Translations under genes and position numbers: made by a program | Shown: in pieces, positions 11,701 to 24,419 of the stretch | Position numbering within the stretch: the stretch's first letter is position 1 | How the letters are laid out: every line of letters begins with the position of its first letter | Source of the DNA: Glaucostegus cemiculus | Taxonomy: Eukaryota | Direction: 5' to 3' | DNA: 64,000 nt | Assembly: GCA_976551045.1 (NCBI GenBank) | Contig: CDPCPM010000007.1 | Span: 8,370,001 to 8,434,000 of the forward strand | Notes under the pieces: generated by a model | Databases searched by the model: none | Told to the model about the DNA's origin: nothing | Seen by the model: the letters and a program-made list of their open reading frames with translations, nothing else

Positions 11701-14181
11701 GTGGTCGCTTGAACTGGTGATGCCTCAGAAAATTAGGATCCAAGCCTAGCTGCTGTTGGCAGAGCTGTGTGAGATCTGCAGACAAAGACTCCATGGTTGG
11801 GAGTTGTAACGTGAGCTGGGGTGGCAAAGAGGAATGCTGCATCATGACTGGGGGGAAGAGGGGCAGATCCAGGGACACAGGCATCTGTACCTGGGATTGT
11901 GAGGAAGGTGGAGGGGGTGGGGGTGGAGGCGGGGGAGGTGGAGGAGGTGGTGGTGGTAATGGTGATGGGACAGATGCTTGGAGTTTGCCGTTCCCTGTTG
12001 AGGGAGGAGGTGGTGGCGGTGGTGGTGGAGGGGGAGGGGGAGGAGGAGGAGGTGGTGGCGGAGGCGCGGGTGATTCTGGTGAGGAAGGTATTACAGGATA
12101 CAGCTTGTCGTATGCTTCCCTGTAGTGACATGCAAATATTTCCAGCTCTCCGAATGGGAAAAACTGACAATGAACATGTTCCTGGTGACTCTTCAGAATA
12201 AGTATGTTTGAAAACAGTTTGCCACACGCTTCACATTCCAGTTTGTCCGCCCTCTCACTCTCCCCATTCTTGCTCCTCTTCTGCACTTTCTGCTTATTTT
12301 CATTAAACTGGATAACCAACTCAAAGCCAAAATTTTCCAATAAAGCCTTTGCTGCATTGCCTCTCGCACCAGATGGAATACGAGGGGGTGGAAGCATCGA
12401 CTCCACTGACTTCTGTTTTTTAAGCTCTTTATTCTCTCTTAAAGCATCGGATTCACTTAAAAAATCATGCTGTGCCTTGCTCTCTGTTATCTCCATTTGT
12501 TCCTCGGCTTCCTTCTGGGAATAAGCATCCTTTAATAACTGCGTCTCTGTGGAATTCATAACATTTTGTTCTTGCTTTGTTGGTTTAACTACTTGTTGCT
12601 GCTGTTTTTGTGACAGTTGCTGTGACTGCATGGCTTGGTGTTGTTGGCCATACTGTTGCTGAATTTGCAGTAAGTGTTGCCCTTGAACCTGTTGCTTTAA
12701 GTCATCCAGCAAGGATCCTGTCATTGCAGATATTCCAAAGGCCCCTGAACCAGGCAAACCTGGCTCGGCATTGAGATTAAATTCAGTGCCTGGCAGATAG
12801 AACGGGAAGAGGAACTGTGGCTGTTGCAACTGCAGCAAAGCTTCGGCTGTCATGGGGAAGTGTGGTAACAACGCTGGGTTTAGAAACTGAGGCTGAAAGA
12901 AAGCAGCTTGCTGCTGCAGTTCGTGCTGCAGATGCATTTGTGCCTGTGCTTGCGCCAGTGCCTGGGCCTGGGCTTGGGCTTGGGCTTGCGCCTGGGCCTG
13001 AGCCTGGGCCTGGGCCTGCACTTGAGCCTGTGCTTGGTCCTGGGCTTGGGCCTGTGCTGGTGACTGAGGGTGATGTTGGGCAGACTGGGGAGAAGTTGTA
13101 TCGCTCAACTGTTTCTTGGTGGTTTCTTTGATATCTGCATTGGTGTCCTTATTAGTAACGGATGCCATCCCATGAGAATCTGCAGTCACTTGACCAGTGG
13201 CAGACCCACTGCTACTGCTGCTGCTCGCACTATTGTTTCCACTTCCAGTGCTACAATTTCCAGCTTCCAGTTTGGCTGCCCTTGCTTTTGTCTGGTGGAG
13301 CACTGATCTCATATGTATCTCCAGTGTTGAGCTTTGGCTGTAAGCAACGTTACACGTGTTGCACTTGTAGGGCTTGTTATCTACGCTGTTGTTGGATTCT
13401 TGAGGAACTGGACTTGATGCCTCTTGGAGAACTTTCTTTAGTTTGTGCAGGTGAGATACGGAATTGTAGTGAACCAAGAGGATATTCTTCTGAGTGAAAG
13501 ATTCTTTACACACTGTGCACTTGTAAGGTCGAGAAGGATCTAAAAACTTTTCCATTGTAAAATTTGGACCTTTACGGAAAGGCAGTGTTCGCTTTGGTTC
13601 TGCACTTAAATCATCTAGAATGGAGCTACTGTCACTTCCCGTTGGACTGACTTTCCCATCCTGGTCTATTTCTTCTTCTTTATCCATTTCCTGCACCAGG
13701 ATGTTATCGTCTTGACTGATGACATCATTTTCTGACCAGAACTCCCCATTTACATGGTAACTCCCACAAATCTGTTGTACTTCAGACTCACTTAGTTCAG
13801 GATGACTGGTTTCTAAATGTCTCTTTAAAGCCAGGAAAGTGCGGAAGCTGCGCTGACAAAGGCTGCACATCGTGGCAGCCCGTATAGCATGATACTGAGA
13901 ATGAATCTGAAGTTTCTGCATGGTCTTGAAAGCCAGACTACATTGACTGCAGCGATACTTGTACACATGGCGATCAGATACCGGCAACTGTTGCCTTTTC
14001 TGCAGTTCATTCAGTTGATCTTGCAAAGAATCTGAAATCTTAAACCGTTGACTTCCATCCTTCTTCCAATCAGCAGGATCTGAAGCTTCCTTTGTCAGTT
14101 TCTGCTCCTCAATTTTCGACTCCGTTCCAGATTTGGAGTTGTCTGAGACTATATAAAACTTTCCCTCTGATGAATATTCAC
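8731..14181 (-). CDS. ZFHX4: ZFHX4 large penultimate exon (5451 nt): multiple C2H2 zinc fingers and four homeodomains
   Basis: Acceptor ttttttttattgaatAG (14183-14182), donor G|GTAAGT (8730-8729), phase 1-1, open throughout. Motifs include [61 protein letters not shown] and WFQNARAK. Confidence 0.97.
9161..9340 (-). other. ZFHX4: Homeobox 4
   Basis: [13 protein letters not shown]...[14 protein letters not shown]. Confidence 0.95.
10112..10291 (-). other. ZFHX4: Homeobox 3
   Basis: [13 protein letters not shown]...[14 protein letters not shown]. Confidence 0.95.
11243..11422 (-). other. ZFHX4: Homeobox 2
   Basis: [13 protein letters not shown]...[14 protein letters not shown]. Confidence 0.95.
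11534..11713 (-). other. ZFHX4: Homeobox 1 (WFRN type)
   Basis: [13 protein letters not shown]...[15 protein letters not shown]. Confidence 0.95.
11907..12064 (-). repeat. Two coding polyproline tracts (CCN repeats)
   Basis: Two long P runs separated by [15 protein letters not shown]; GGN-rich on the + strand. Confidence 0.95.
12938..13057 (-). repeat. Coding hexamer repeat, about 20 Ala-Gln units
   Basis: GCCCAG/GCCCAA-type units encoding [14 protein letters not shown](AQ)nALAQAQAQ. Confidence 0.95.
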
Positions 14182-14809
14182 CTATTCAATAAAAAAAAGG
14201 TGCAAGATGAAAGGAATGCACGTTGTGATTCCAAAACACCATAACTCTTCTAAATTTCCTACAAGAGCTTAAAGTGAGTTCCACATCTCTTTTTATACAG
14301 AGACCATTGCAAAAGCCCCAAGCACAGCATATTATTTTATTCTCTGGTGCAGTTATAAGCAGTTAACAACACAAGCTCAAAACCTGTCATCTTTCAAACT
14401 ATTTAAAGCCATTGATAGATTTACAGAGTAGGAGCTCTGTCTGAGGGGATGAGCAAGAATCATTGCTCAAATCGAAGAAGACAAATTCCAAACATTTTTG
14501 AGCCTGTTCCTGGAGGCTTTTGCTTTGAAGTATTTCCGAGTTTCAGAACAGGACATGATTACCCACAACTAATATAGGCTGGATTACTTGGGTAATTTGA
14601 AAAGTACCGATTGCCCACAACTAAGATATGCCCTCGAAGAGCTGCTGGAATACAGCAGGTGAATGCCAGCAACTCCTCCTTGTCCTCCTCCCCCAGATTA
14701 GGGAATTTGCAGCTCATGGTCAATGAGTTGAGAACTTAGGGATCCAGGTTTTGCCTCAGATTACAATTCCACTTCTAGGGTAGAATACCTATATCGGAAC
14801 ATTGAATGA

Positions 14810-14930
14810 CTGTTGAAGGCTCATTTTACAGTTTCATCCAAAAGACTCCACCTTGTACAAATGCAGTAAGCCTTCAGCACTGCACTAATGTCAGTTGTGA
14901 AGTGTGGCTGCAATCCAGGACCTTCAAATT
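14810..14930 (-). mobile_element. Deu-SINE fragment
   Basis: gtttcatccaaaagac...ccttcagcactgcact is similar to the reverse complement of the 48950-49375 element. Confidence 0.45.
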
Positions 14931-16101
14931 TTCAGGCAATAGTCAAATAGAAAATATTTAAAAAGTTACATTTTCTAATGATGGTGTGAGATTTTTTCAT
15001 AACCCTTAGTTTATTCAGTTATGTGACTCTTAAACCTAGGAATATCTTGTGACCCCTGTACAAGCAGAACTCTCCTCTACCCCCCCCCCCCCCCACCCCA
15101 GACCAGTAAATCTGACTCACTGTAGATTGTGAAAGCGCCATTATAATACCCCTGGAACACGGAAACTTGTTCCTTTGATTTATTTTAAACTCTTTCAGTG
15201 TCCTGGCACAACAGCTCTGTGAGGTGTATTTCTAAATTGCCAGTGGAAAGAAAGTGACCATAACTACAATTGTCATACTCATTTATAGCTCCACAAGGAA
15301 GACTTCTCTAAATGTAGATGTGAATACACGCCTGTTCCACTCTGAAATGCTTAGAGAAACACTCATTTGTTAAATCTTTGGCTGAATTTGGACTTGCGTG
15401 GTAAATATAGATGCTCACCTATATTCTCCATCCTCCAACACCTATAGTCATCCGAACACTCATTTTAACGCTCATAAGTTTAATAACATGGTATGCCTGG
15501 GCTAGTCTAATCCAACCACCAAGGCCCAATACTCTACTGCAAGGGGCAAATCATCATTGATCAGCTGACACTTGGTGAATTTCACCTTATCAATAATTTC
15601 TAAAATCCACTGCTGCTCTCAGCTCCAATGGGAATAGCTCCCTGAAGAATAAATGATGCACCCTTAATTTCAAAGACCTGCTCAGATGGAATTGAAATTT
15701 ACTTTGCAGCAATGGGTTTTACACTTAGTCTGGGCATGTATGATGCTGGTATTTAATACTTTATGTGCTACTCTGTTCCCTCTCCTTCAGTATTAATATC
15801 TCTCATCTTATTGCGTATGAATGAAAGTAAAAACAAAATAAAGCACCTTGAAAACCAATCTCCATACTACATAATATACTTCCACAATGACAGATATTTG
15901 AAAGAACAGGGGCAAGAGACATTTATCACCATATAATGGAAAAATCCAGGAAAGCAAGCAAACAAACTCCTTCATTGGCTATTGGAAATTCTGAAGGTCT
16001 GCTCGAATTTGTGCAAAAAAATAGTGAAAACTGCAATTTATTTAATTGAACACTTAAAGTACTGAATAGAAGCTGCAAAAAAATGGGCACATTTCTAAGT
16101 A

Positions 16102-16418
16102 CAGGCAGTCCATGGGTTACATAACGCTTCTGTTCCTGAGAACAGTCTGAAAGTCAGAAATGTCTGTTTTCTACAGTAACCCATATCATATCATTCTATA
16201 TACATTTGCTATAGTTCTTTCATTTCATTAAACAATCACCTTAAAACTACCCACAATTAAACTAATATATATACTGTATCTAGTCTTTAATGAATAGCAT
16301 GAAACATTTTATTATCGTTTTTATTACTAGCTTGAAAAAGGCTTTAAAAATGTATGAGAGAATTTGCATAAAGTCCGAATTCTATAGGTCAGGTCATTTG
16401 TAACCTGGAGAGCCCCTC
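16102..16418. mobile_element. TcMar-Tigger-like MITE
   Basis: TA|CAGGCAGTCCATGGGTTAC ... GTAACCTGGAGAGCCCCTC|TA: degenerate TIRs with TA flanks. Confidence 0.65.
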
Positions 16419-16521
16419 TATATTATGCATCTTTTGTGAACAACAATTATTTAAAACAGTTGTCTAGTAGAATTATATAAAGCTATTAGTAGCTTTTGAG
16501 CTAGGCCCATGCTTATGTTCT

Positions 16522-16911
16522 TGTCCTCCCCTCCATGGACTCTGTCTATACCTCTCGCTGCCTTGGTGAAGCAGCCAGCATAATCAAAGACCCCACCCAC
16601 CTGGACATTCTCTCTTCTCTCCTCTCCCATCAGGCAGAAGATACAGCAGCCTGAGGGCACATACCACCAGGCTCAAGGACAGCTTCTATCCCACTGTGAT
16701 AAGACTATTGAATGGTTCTCTTATAAGATGAGATGGACTCTTGACCTCACAATCTACCTTGCACCTTATTGTCTACCTACAATGCACTTCCCGATCGCTG
16801 TGACACTTTACTCTGTATTCTGTTGTTTTTACCCTGTACTACCTCAGTGCACTGTTTAATGAATTGATCTGTATAGACGGTATGCAAGACAAGTTTTTCA
16901 CTGTACTTCAG
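16522..16911 (+). mobile_element. Rex1/Babar-type LINE 3' fragment
   Basis: KDPTHPGH...PSGRRY...KDSFYP-like coding remnant plus 3'UTR; close reverse-complement match to 37500-37935. Confidence 0.85.
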
Positions 16912-17185
16912 TACAGTGAGTGTATTATTCTCAGTAAGTGAGAATAATATACCAATGCCCTCTCGTATGGTGAGCATCTGCATACACCTTGCTGCAATTG
17001 CCAGCAGGAGAGCATATCTTGTCCCATTTTAAAATATGTTGTTAAAGCACATTTGAGGGATCAGTCAGTTGGAGGCAATTTAGCATACAAATCGTAATTT
17101 TATCAGCTGGGTTATTTATTACATAGCTCTCATACTAACTATATACCACATAGAACACTGGCATCTGTTGCATTGAAGGGCTTAC

Positions 17186-17306
17186 CGGATGGTTTACTAG
17201 ATTCTTCTGAAGTTACCGTTGCAGTATTGCTAAGGAAACATTGCAGTTTCTCAGAACCAGTTGATGGCAATATGCTGGTGGAGTTCATTCCATCTGGAAG
17301 AGACAC
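17186..17306 (-). CDS. ZFHX4: ZFHX4 internal exon (121 nt; VSLPDGMNSTSILPSTGSEKLQCFLSNTATVTSEESSKPS)
   Basis: Acceptor gttttttaaAG, donor G|GTAAGC. Phase 0 to 1 exactly bridges the 25369 donor and the 14181 acceptor, open in frame; resembles the corresponding human exon as recalled. Confidence 0.88.
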
Positions 17307-17989
17307 CTTTAAAAAACATGAGACTGAATTATATCAATATGAAGACATTACACAAACGACTGTTGTATTTATTTCTGGAAAAATCTATTTCATCTGGATG
17401 ACACATTTTTCTGAAAATCATTCCATGCATTCTTTTACCAAAGGGAAAGCAATGGCTGGAATGAACTTTGCCAATAAAAATTATGGAGGAAATTTCATTT
17501 ATTATACCTTTTATGTAAAACATTAACCAAAACATCATCTATGGATTTCATATAATTTGACGGATTCAGAGTGATAGCTCTAATAGTTTGAACAAGTGAG
17601 CAAATTTTAGCTCCTTTATTTTCCTTAATATAGGTTGTATCCATGTTGGCAAACAGAATGGAATTTGGTCCTACTGTTTTAACTCTTATTTTGGCAACTC
17701 ATTTCTGGATTTGGTAGGTGGGATGCAGATAATGTTGTAGGGCTGGGGGGGGGGGGGCATTGGGTGAACAGGTTTATGATGTAAAATAATGCTTTTTTTT
17801 TAATGGTATCTGAAGAAAGAAAGATATATGCTCCAAACTGATGAGATTAGAGTGGGTTTCAGTTCCTGTCTGACCAGGCGGTGTTGCATATTTTCTGCTC
17901 ACAATCCACACCTTGCATCCATTAAGAGGGCTGATGTTTCCCCCTTTGGGAGGCACTTTTGCAGCTGTTGTACCAATCAGCGCAACTTT

Positions 17990-18112
17990 TCATTATTCAT
18001 TTTTGGGATCTGGGCAAGGTCAGTAGTTATTGCCCTTGAAAAGATAGTGGTGAGCTGCTGCCTTGAACTACTACAGATCTTCTATTGAAGGGAGTTCCAG
18101 GAGTTAGACCCA
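17990..18112 (-). mobile_element. Non-LTR retroelement 3' tail fragment
   Basis: ttgcccttgaaaagatagtggtgagctgctgccttgaac is the reverse complement of the tail at about 36860-36930. Confidence 0.65.
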
Positions 18113-19440
18113 TCTTTTACTTGCAAATGCTTTCACTTGTTATCACATAACTGACTATCAAATCACCATCAACCTTTTGTAAGGATTCCGAGAAACCTAC
18201 TTAGGAATGATCATGTGATCCTGCCTTGTTAGGTATTAAGTCAGCAAGGGCCAATTGCCAGGCAACATTTGTTTTCAGTACCAATGGCTATTTGCAGCTT
18301 TTGCAAAGAAACAGTAGCAATCGGCTTAAATTTAGTTCCATTTCCTTGCAAGAAAACAGCAGTCTGAAAACTACAGTTCACCACTTCTCTCTGCTTTCTA
18401 TCTCATGCTATTGCTTCTCATTTAATCCACTGGCTTCAATTTTGTTAGAACGTTTATAAATTCCACTTTGCCAACTACCTTTTGAAAGTCTAGATGTACA
18501 AAGTCAATCAAACCAGCTCTACCTCTCCATCACTTTTGCAAAGAATCCAACCCAATTTGTCAGCATAATTTTCCTCCAACAAATCAGTTATGGCTGTCAG
18601 GATTATGTATTTGTTCCCATGTTTTTGGTTATTAAAATTAATACTTCTGTAACTTTTGTGGGATTTCCATCCAATCATCAATAAAAAGGACATGTAATCC
18701 TCACTTTTGCTTGTGGCTCCTTAATTTTGTGTTTCCTTTTTATACAAATATCTTCTATCCTTGTTATAGTAAATACCTAATTTAAATCTAATATCATGCC
18801 TCTTGAGACTTTAAGATGCTGCACCATGTGCCTTACTAACTTCTTTGTTAAAGCCCATTTTAGGTCTGTAATGTCCACTTTGTAACCTAAGAGCTGCAGT
18901 TGTTCTTATCATTCATCTTTGAAATTAATTTAATTAGTGAAAAAGAAAAACAGGTAATGTAATAAAAATGATCCCTTAATGCTTCAGAGTAGCCAATGCA
19001 CCACCAATACCTTTGTTAATTCTATCATTAAATGCAAAATGGCTATATAAAAAAAATGTAAACATCTATGATTATTGAGCAGCACCAAATTCCCTGTCTG
19101 ATATAAGCAAGGATCATGCCTTAATCCTACAAACTACACCTTGCACCAACTATTTTGTTTTGATTTTCATTTGAATTATGACCGTGAAGACTATTAGAAA
19201 ATATATCACAAAGGTTTAGAAGCACAATAGGAATTTTTTAAGGCAAGCTAATGTTATGAGTAACAGTGCATTTACCTTCCAAGCCTACAAGTTCTTTCTG
19301 ATGAGATCACAGTAGATGCATTTGCTCTATGTACACTCCACAAGGATATAAAATTCACTTGGACAAAAAAAAGACTCTTAACAAACACTTCCTTGCATAA
19401 AGATAAAATGTTAGAAATGATGTTATATAATGCGTATGGA

Positions 19441-19550
19441 GACACAAGCAACTGCAGATGCTGTCATCTGGAGCAGAAAACAAACTGTGAAGGGAAGGAA
19501 TTGTCAATGTTTCATCAGGATCCTGATCAGGGTCTCGATCCGAAATGTAA
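19441..19550. mobile_element. Penelope-terminus derivative with inverted, degenerate hammerhead motifs
   Basis: acacaagcaactgcagatgctg...tctggagca matches 57493-57530; tttcatcagga abuts tcctgatcagggtctcgatccgaaatgt. Confidence 0.65.
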
Positions 19551-20189
19551 AGTTGTAAAACATTATGGAAAAGGCACAAGTAAAGCCTCTACCTCCTTTC
19601 CCTGAAAAGGACATATAATCCTCCTAAAACAGGATTGGTGTTCATTATCTTGAACACCTAATGCACGTGTTACAAATTTTTGGAAATAAAACAAGGGGCT
19701 GAAATTCCTTCAAACTAAGTAGTTGTGGAAAATGGATGAAAGTTGGATTGTATTGCCAGCTCCATTTCTTCTATTTAGAGAACATAGTACAAGCCCTTCA
19801 GCCCACCATGTTCTGCCGACATTTGCTCTCTTCATGGAAGTGCCCCCAAGGATGGTGGGTGTTGGGCTTGCTGCCTACTTCCCCTCTTAGCTGCACTACC
19901 CAAGATTGTTCAAGGGCAATAGGTCACAGTGGATAATGAGGCCAACATTTTGCAAATGGTGAGAGACTTAACAGTAGCCAGTTGTCCCTCTAATTCTGCC
20001 TCCAGCTTTCTGGGCCTCAGTTTCAACTCAATTGGTGTAGGAATGTTTACGTGAACTGAAATAGCGTAGGAAAACTGATTTGTACGTCACACAGACAGCC
20101 TTACCTAACCTCACAGAATTCTCTCAACCTGTTTTAGATAAAAATAAATTACATTGAATTCAGTGGCTGTTACTTTGGTAGCGCAAGAC

Positions 20190-20470
20190 AGCACATGACA
20201 AGGTACCATAAACAGCAATAAGATAAATGGAAGGTTGTTCTGTTTTGGTGGGGTGGATTGTAACCTGTACCTCCCTGTGCTTTACTCAGTACCATGAGAT
20301 CTATATAAAGCCCATTTCAACATCTTGAGCAGGCATTTGTGGCTTTGGTGTAATATTTCTGCTAAAGGACAATTCTTCAAATAATAGAGTACTCCCATTG
20401 CGCTAGATTATCAGATTAGTGTCTGCACAAATCCTGGAGGGAGGCATAAAGGCAAGATTAAGAGTGATTC
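20190..20470 (-). mobile_element. Deu-SINE, strongly decayed
   Basis: ataaacagcaat, gtaccatgagatct and gtactccc segments are collinear with the reverse complement of 48950-49375. Confidence 0.5.
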
Positions 20471-22169
20471 AACCCAATTGATATGAGAATACTTCCAGAC
20501 TAGGAGAGGAGTATGAAAACAACTTTGTACTGTATATTTTATGCATGTAATTCTCTGTGACTGCTTAAAAATCAATACAAGATTGAAGATACAAATAAAC
20601 TGAGGGTGAAGCCATGTGTCTATTATAAACTATATTTCTCAATTATTATTTTTAAACAACTGTCATAGAATAGGAATATTAGAAATTACAGGATCATAGA
20701 AGACACTGCAATTCACCCCAAACCCAACACCCTGCAAATGGCCACATGCTCAAGTACTCACCTGTTCTTCATGTACTTCTGCTCAATGGTCTAGAAATAA
20801 ATTCTTATAACACTGTCAAAAGAGTGCTGCACAGTTGAAAACAAGTTTACCCTAGAGCAGAGCAAACTCGCATCCATTTCCAGGTTTCTTCATATGCAAA
20901 TTTGATTCCTAACTTTCCATCAGGTCTTAGTGCTGGAAACATATCTCAGGCATACAATTCTCTCAACAACAAGTGTGTAGCACCCAATTTTCAGCTCGAG
21001 TGTGGTTTTCAACCTCACTGGCTGAAAAAGAACAGTTCTTGTTTCCTCAATGGGGCAAATCATGCTTCACGAGCATTGCGCCCCCTGGAACCAGATTATT
21101 TAAAGGACAAACTCATAAACTGAGTTCTTTGCCAGGCTGCTCCATGGCTCCCTGCAACCTCAATGCTTATCCTACATTCTGCTCGCACTTTAGAACTGTC
21201 TTCCTTACGTCTTCAACAACATTTCTGTCCTCAAAACTAAACTCCAATTGGGGTTTGCCTATAACCTTTGTCTTGCTGGATGGCATTAAGGTGGAGCATA
21301 AGATGACAGAGTCATCACAGGCAATCAGGGAAACACCACAGAGTAGGAAGCACAAGGTCATCTTATCCACCCAGAGGTCTGGGGAAGCAAGCTCATTCCT
21401 GGACGCTTCTGGGCAGTGTTGGGTTGTAGGTACAAATCATTGCTAATTGAGTCATCCTACAGTCTCAAATACAGGTTTATGCAAATCTGGACTAATCTCA
21501 ACTCCTCAAGATCACAGTCACTCTCAAGTTCTGGGCATCAGGATCAGTCTAGGTTGCTGTCACTAACCTAGTGTATATCACAAATGTTACTGTATGTCTC
21601 ATTAGGGTGGTCACCCAACGATATTAGATTTTGGCCCACAGGAGCAGGCAGAGAGGGCATGGGAATGTTCTATTACTGCAGACTTCCCCAAAGCGCAAAC
21701 GTTTATAGACTTGTGCATCAGGTATTGTTCCTTACACAGATCCACCCTGGAATGAGTGTCTGGTTGTAGCCCCGGAGAGTCTGTATGGTCCCCAGCACAG
21801 AGAACATCTCTCCTGTGAATAATCCAGTTCAGGTCCCCCTCTGAGGCTTGGGAGCTCTGTCCCTCCCCTCTCCCATCACTGCACTAGCTATTCTTGAATA
21901 AGCTACGCTCTCCAGCATTTGGAGTAGTGCTGCTTATATTCTTCATGTGTCTCTATAAGGCCTGGTTTCTGTGATCACAGCTGAAGGACTAAGTAATAAC
22001 TCTGTTGAGAAGCATGCTCTGAAACAGACACAACACATTGCTACATTGGAAACGTGACACTGCTATTTTGTATATGTCATAACGCAAGATTGTAATGCCA
22101 CTTATGATGTGTTCGCATGCTACAAAACTCTGTTTAAGTACAAATAAAAAGTACAAGAGGCACTTCTAC

Positions 22170-22810
22170 ACTAATCTGTCTGCACTGTCATCACGGAAAG
22201 GGCGAGAGGCTTAAAGTTCCTGGGCGTCAACATCTTGGAGAATCTATCCTGGGCTCAATACACTGATGCAATCACAAAGAAGGCACACCAGCAGCTCTAC
22301 TTTTTTTAGGAGTTTGAGGAGATTTGGTGTGTCAACAAAGACTTGCAAATTTCTACAGATGTACGGTGAAGAGTATTCTGACTGGTTGCATCACCGCCTG
22401 GTATGGAGGCTCCAATGTGCAGGATTGAACGAGGCTGCAGAGGATTGCAGACTCAGCCAGCTCCATCACGGGCACAACCCTTACCACTATCAGGGATATC
22501 TTCAAAAGGTGGTGTCTCAAAAAGATGACATCCACCACTAAGGACCCTCACCACCTGGGACATGCCCTCTGCTCATTATTACCATTGGGGAGGAGGTACA
22601 GGAGCCTGAAGACCACACTCAACGACTTAGAAACAGCTTATTTCCCTCTGCCATCAGTTTTCTGAAAGGTCCATAAACACTACTTCGTTATTCCTTCTTT
22701 TGCACTGATTACTTATTTTATAATTTATAGTAATTTTTGTCTTGCACTGTACTGCTGCTGCAAAACAACAAGTTTCACAACATATGGTTGTGATAATAAA
22801 GCTGATTCAT
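22170..22810 (+). mobile_element. Rex1/Babar-type LINE fragment
   Basis: KFLGVNI..LSW...KKAHQ.LYFL..LRRFG...KDPHHLGH-like remnant with frameshifts; tail tgataataaagctgattc. Confidence 0.85.
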
Positions 22811-23962
22811 TTTAATGCAGTCTATTTCACATTTTTATCATGTAGTTGAATCTAAATTATTTGCGAGTCCTCTTCCAAATGCTCCTATCCTAAGCTTCCT
22901 CATCTCCAGAGCAACAAATTCCAAGATCATCATCCATATCCAGAAACTCCAGTGTTTCTTTCATCTACTTGGCAGTATATTCAGTAATTATCACAATTTT
23001 CTTCTCTGCTATGCTTTAAATATCAACTTTCACTTTGCCTTCTCTATACAAGTATCATCTACTATAAATATTTACCTGCCATGTAAGACCCACAGAGGCT
23101 TTACAAAGTATTTTGATAGGTCATTCCAGAACGCTGGTGTAACACTGAACATTTGCAAACAATGAGGTGGTTCCTTGCACTATGGGAATTAATTGAAAGG
23201 AAAACTAATTTTCCCAGTGACTTGTGTTTCTTGCTTCTCCCTGGCTGTTCTCATCAACCATTTTCATATCAGAGCCATATTTAATTTTAAGCACCCAAAA
23301 CCCTATCCCCATTTTACCACGCACATTTTAGGTTTCACTCCTATCATTGCCTTTCTTCAAAGTAATTAATGCATATTCCCATCATTTATGAACAAACTCA
23401 GATTTTCTTTCTGAACAGCCATGAATAATAATAATCCATTTTAGAGGAGTGAGTACATTCAGAGGCATGATAACCCAGATATCAGGACATTAGTATTTTC
23501 TACAAATCTATTATATAATTTGTATTTACATTTTCACTTATATTGCCAAACATAGCAGAATAAGAATTCAAAATGCCCAGTATTGTATTAAGTACCCTTT
23601 ATGCAATGAATTTGTGAGGAGTAAGATAGCCTATGTAAATCCATTCCTTGTGCACATATTCACTGCTATTTCAGTTTGCTTTATTTTACCCTTATTTCCA
23701 TTAATAGCCATTTACTATACAAGCCAACTATTGAGTGTGTCCAGATTTCTTTGATTACTCTAAAGTTTCTCGTATTGGTCAGCCTGCCACACAGCATGAT
23801 GTTGTTAGTAAATTTCATAATATTGCTGCATGTACCCTTCTCTGTGAGAACTGCTTTGGGACTCCATACATCAGTGACCTCAAAGTGGAGGCTTTTTATC
23901 ACCCTTTAGCTTCTTTTTGGTGAATTTTAAATCAGCTAGTTAATTTGTTATTAATGCCATAA

Positions 23963-24052
23963 GACTAGGAATTTCCTCAGAGCTGCTCCTGGGGTTTCTG
24001 CTGGCAAAGTTAAAACACAAGAGTGGGAACAGCTGCAAGGAAATTCCCAGTC
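23963..24052. repeat. 90-bp imperfect palindrome (mini-MITE-like)
   Basis: GACTAGGAATTTCCTCAGAGCTGCTCC ... GGAACAGCTGCAAGGAAATTCCCAGTC. Confidence 0.6.
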
Positions 24053-24419
24053 CTGATCTTCTTTAACAGCTTTAGATGTGGAATTTTATTAAATTCTTTC
24101 TTAAAATGCAATTATATTAATAATGCATACCATCTAATATGCTTAATTCCTTACCGGATCTTGTAGGTATGACCTGTTGTTTCTAATTTAAGTTGACTAT
24201 TCATGGTGACCTGAACATTGACAGTGTGCATAAAGTGATTTGCAATGGTCATGCCTTCTCTAACAATGTGAGACCAACCAAATTTTCTTCACATCACATT
24301 TGAAATATGACACAAACAATTGCTGACATTTACAAAACTTTCTGAAATGCAAACTTTCTTGAGGATTTAAAGAAGTATCTTAGAGCCCACTGATATTTCA
24401 CATTTGTTGGGCTCTCAAA

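Noticed and set aside
9874-13497. Overlapping and antisense ORFs within the large exon, including the polyGly and PG/LG-repeat ORFs
   Set aside because: Shadows of codon repeats in the ZFHX4 frame; no independent evidence.
8731-14181. Identification as ZFHX3 (ATBF1) or ZFHX2
   Set aside because: The C-terminus IRMDMFSV and linkers such as [23 protein letters not shown] and YFGQPLIDPQETVLR fit ZFHX4 as recalled.
15080-17758. Complementary poly-C (about 15080-15093) and poly-G (about 17745-17758) runs flanking the 121-nt exon
   Set aside because: Short homopolymers are common; pairing over 2.6 kb is unsupported.
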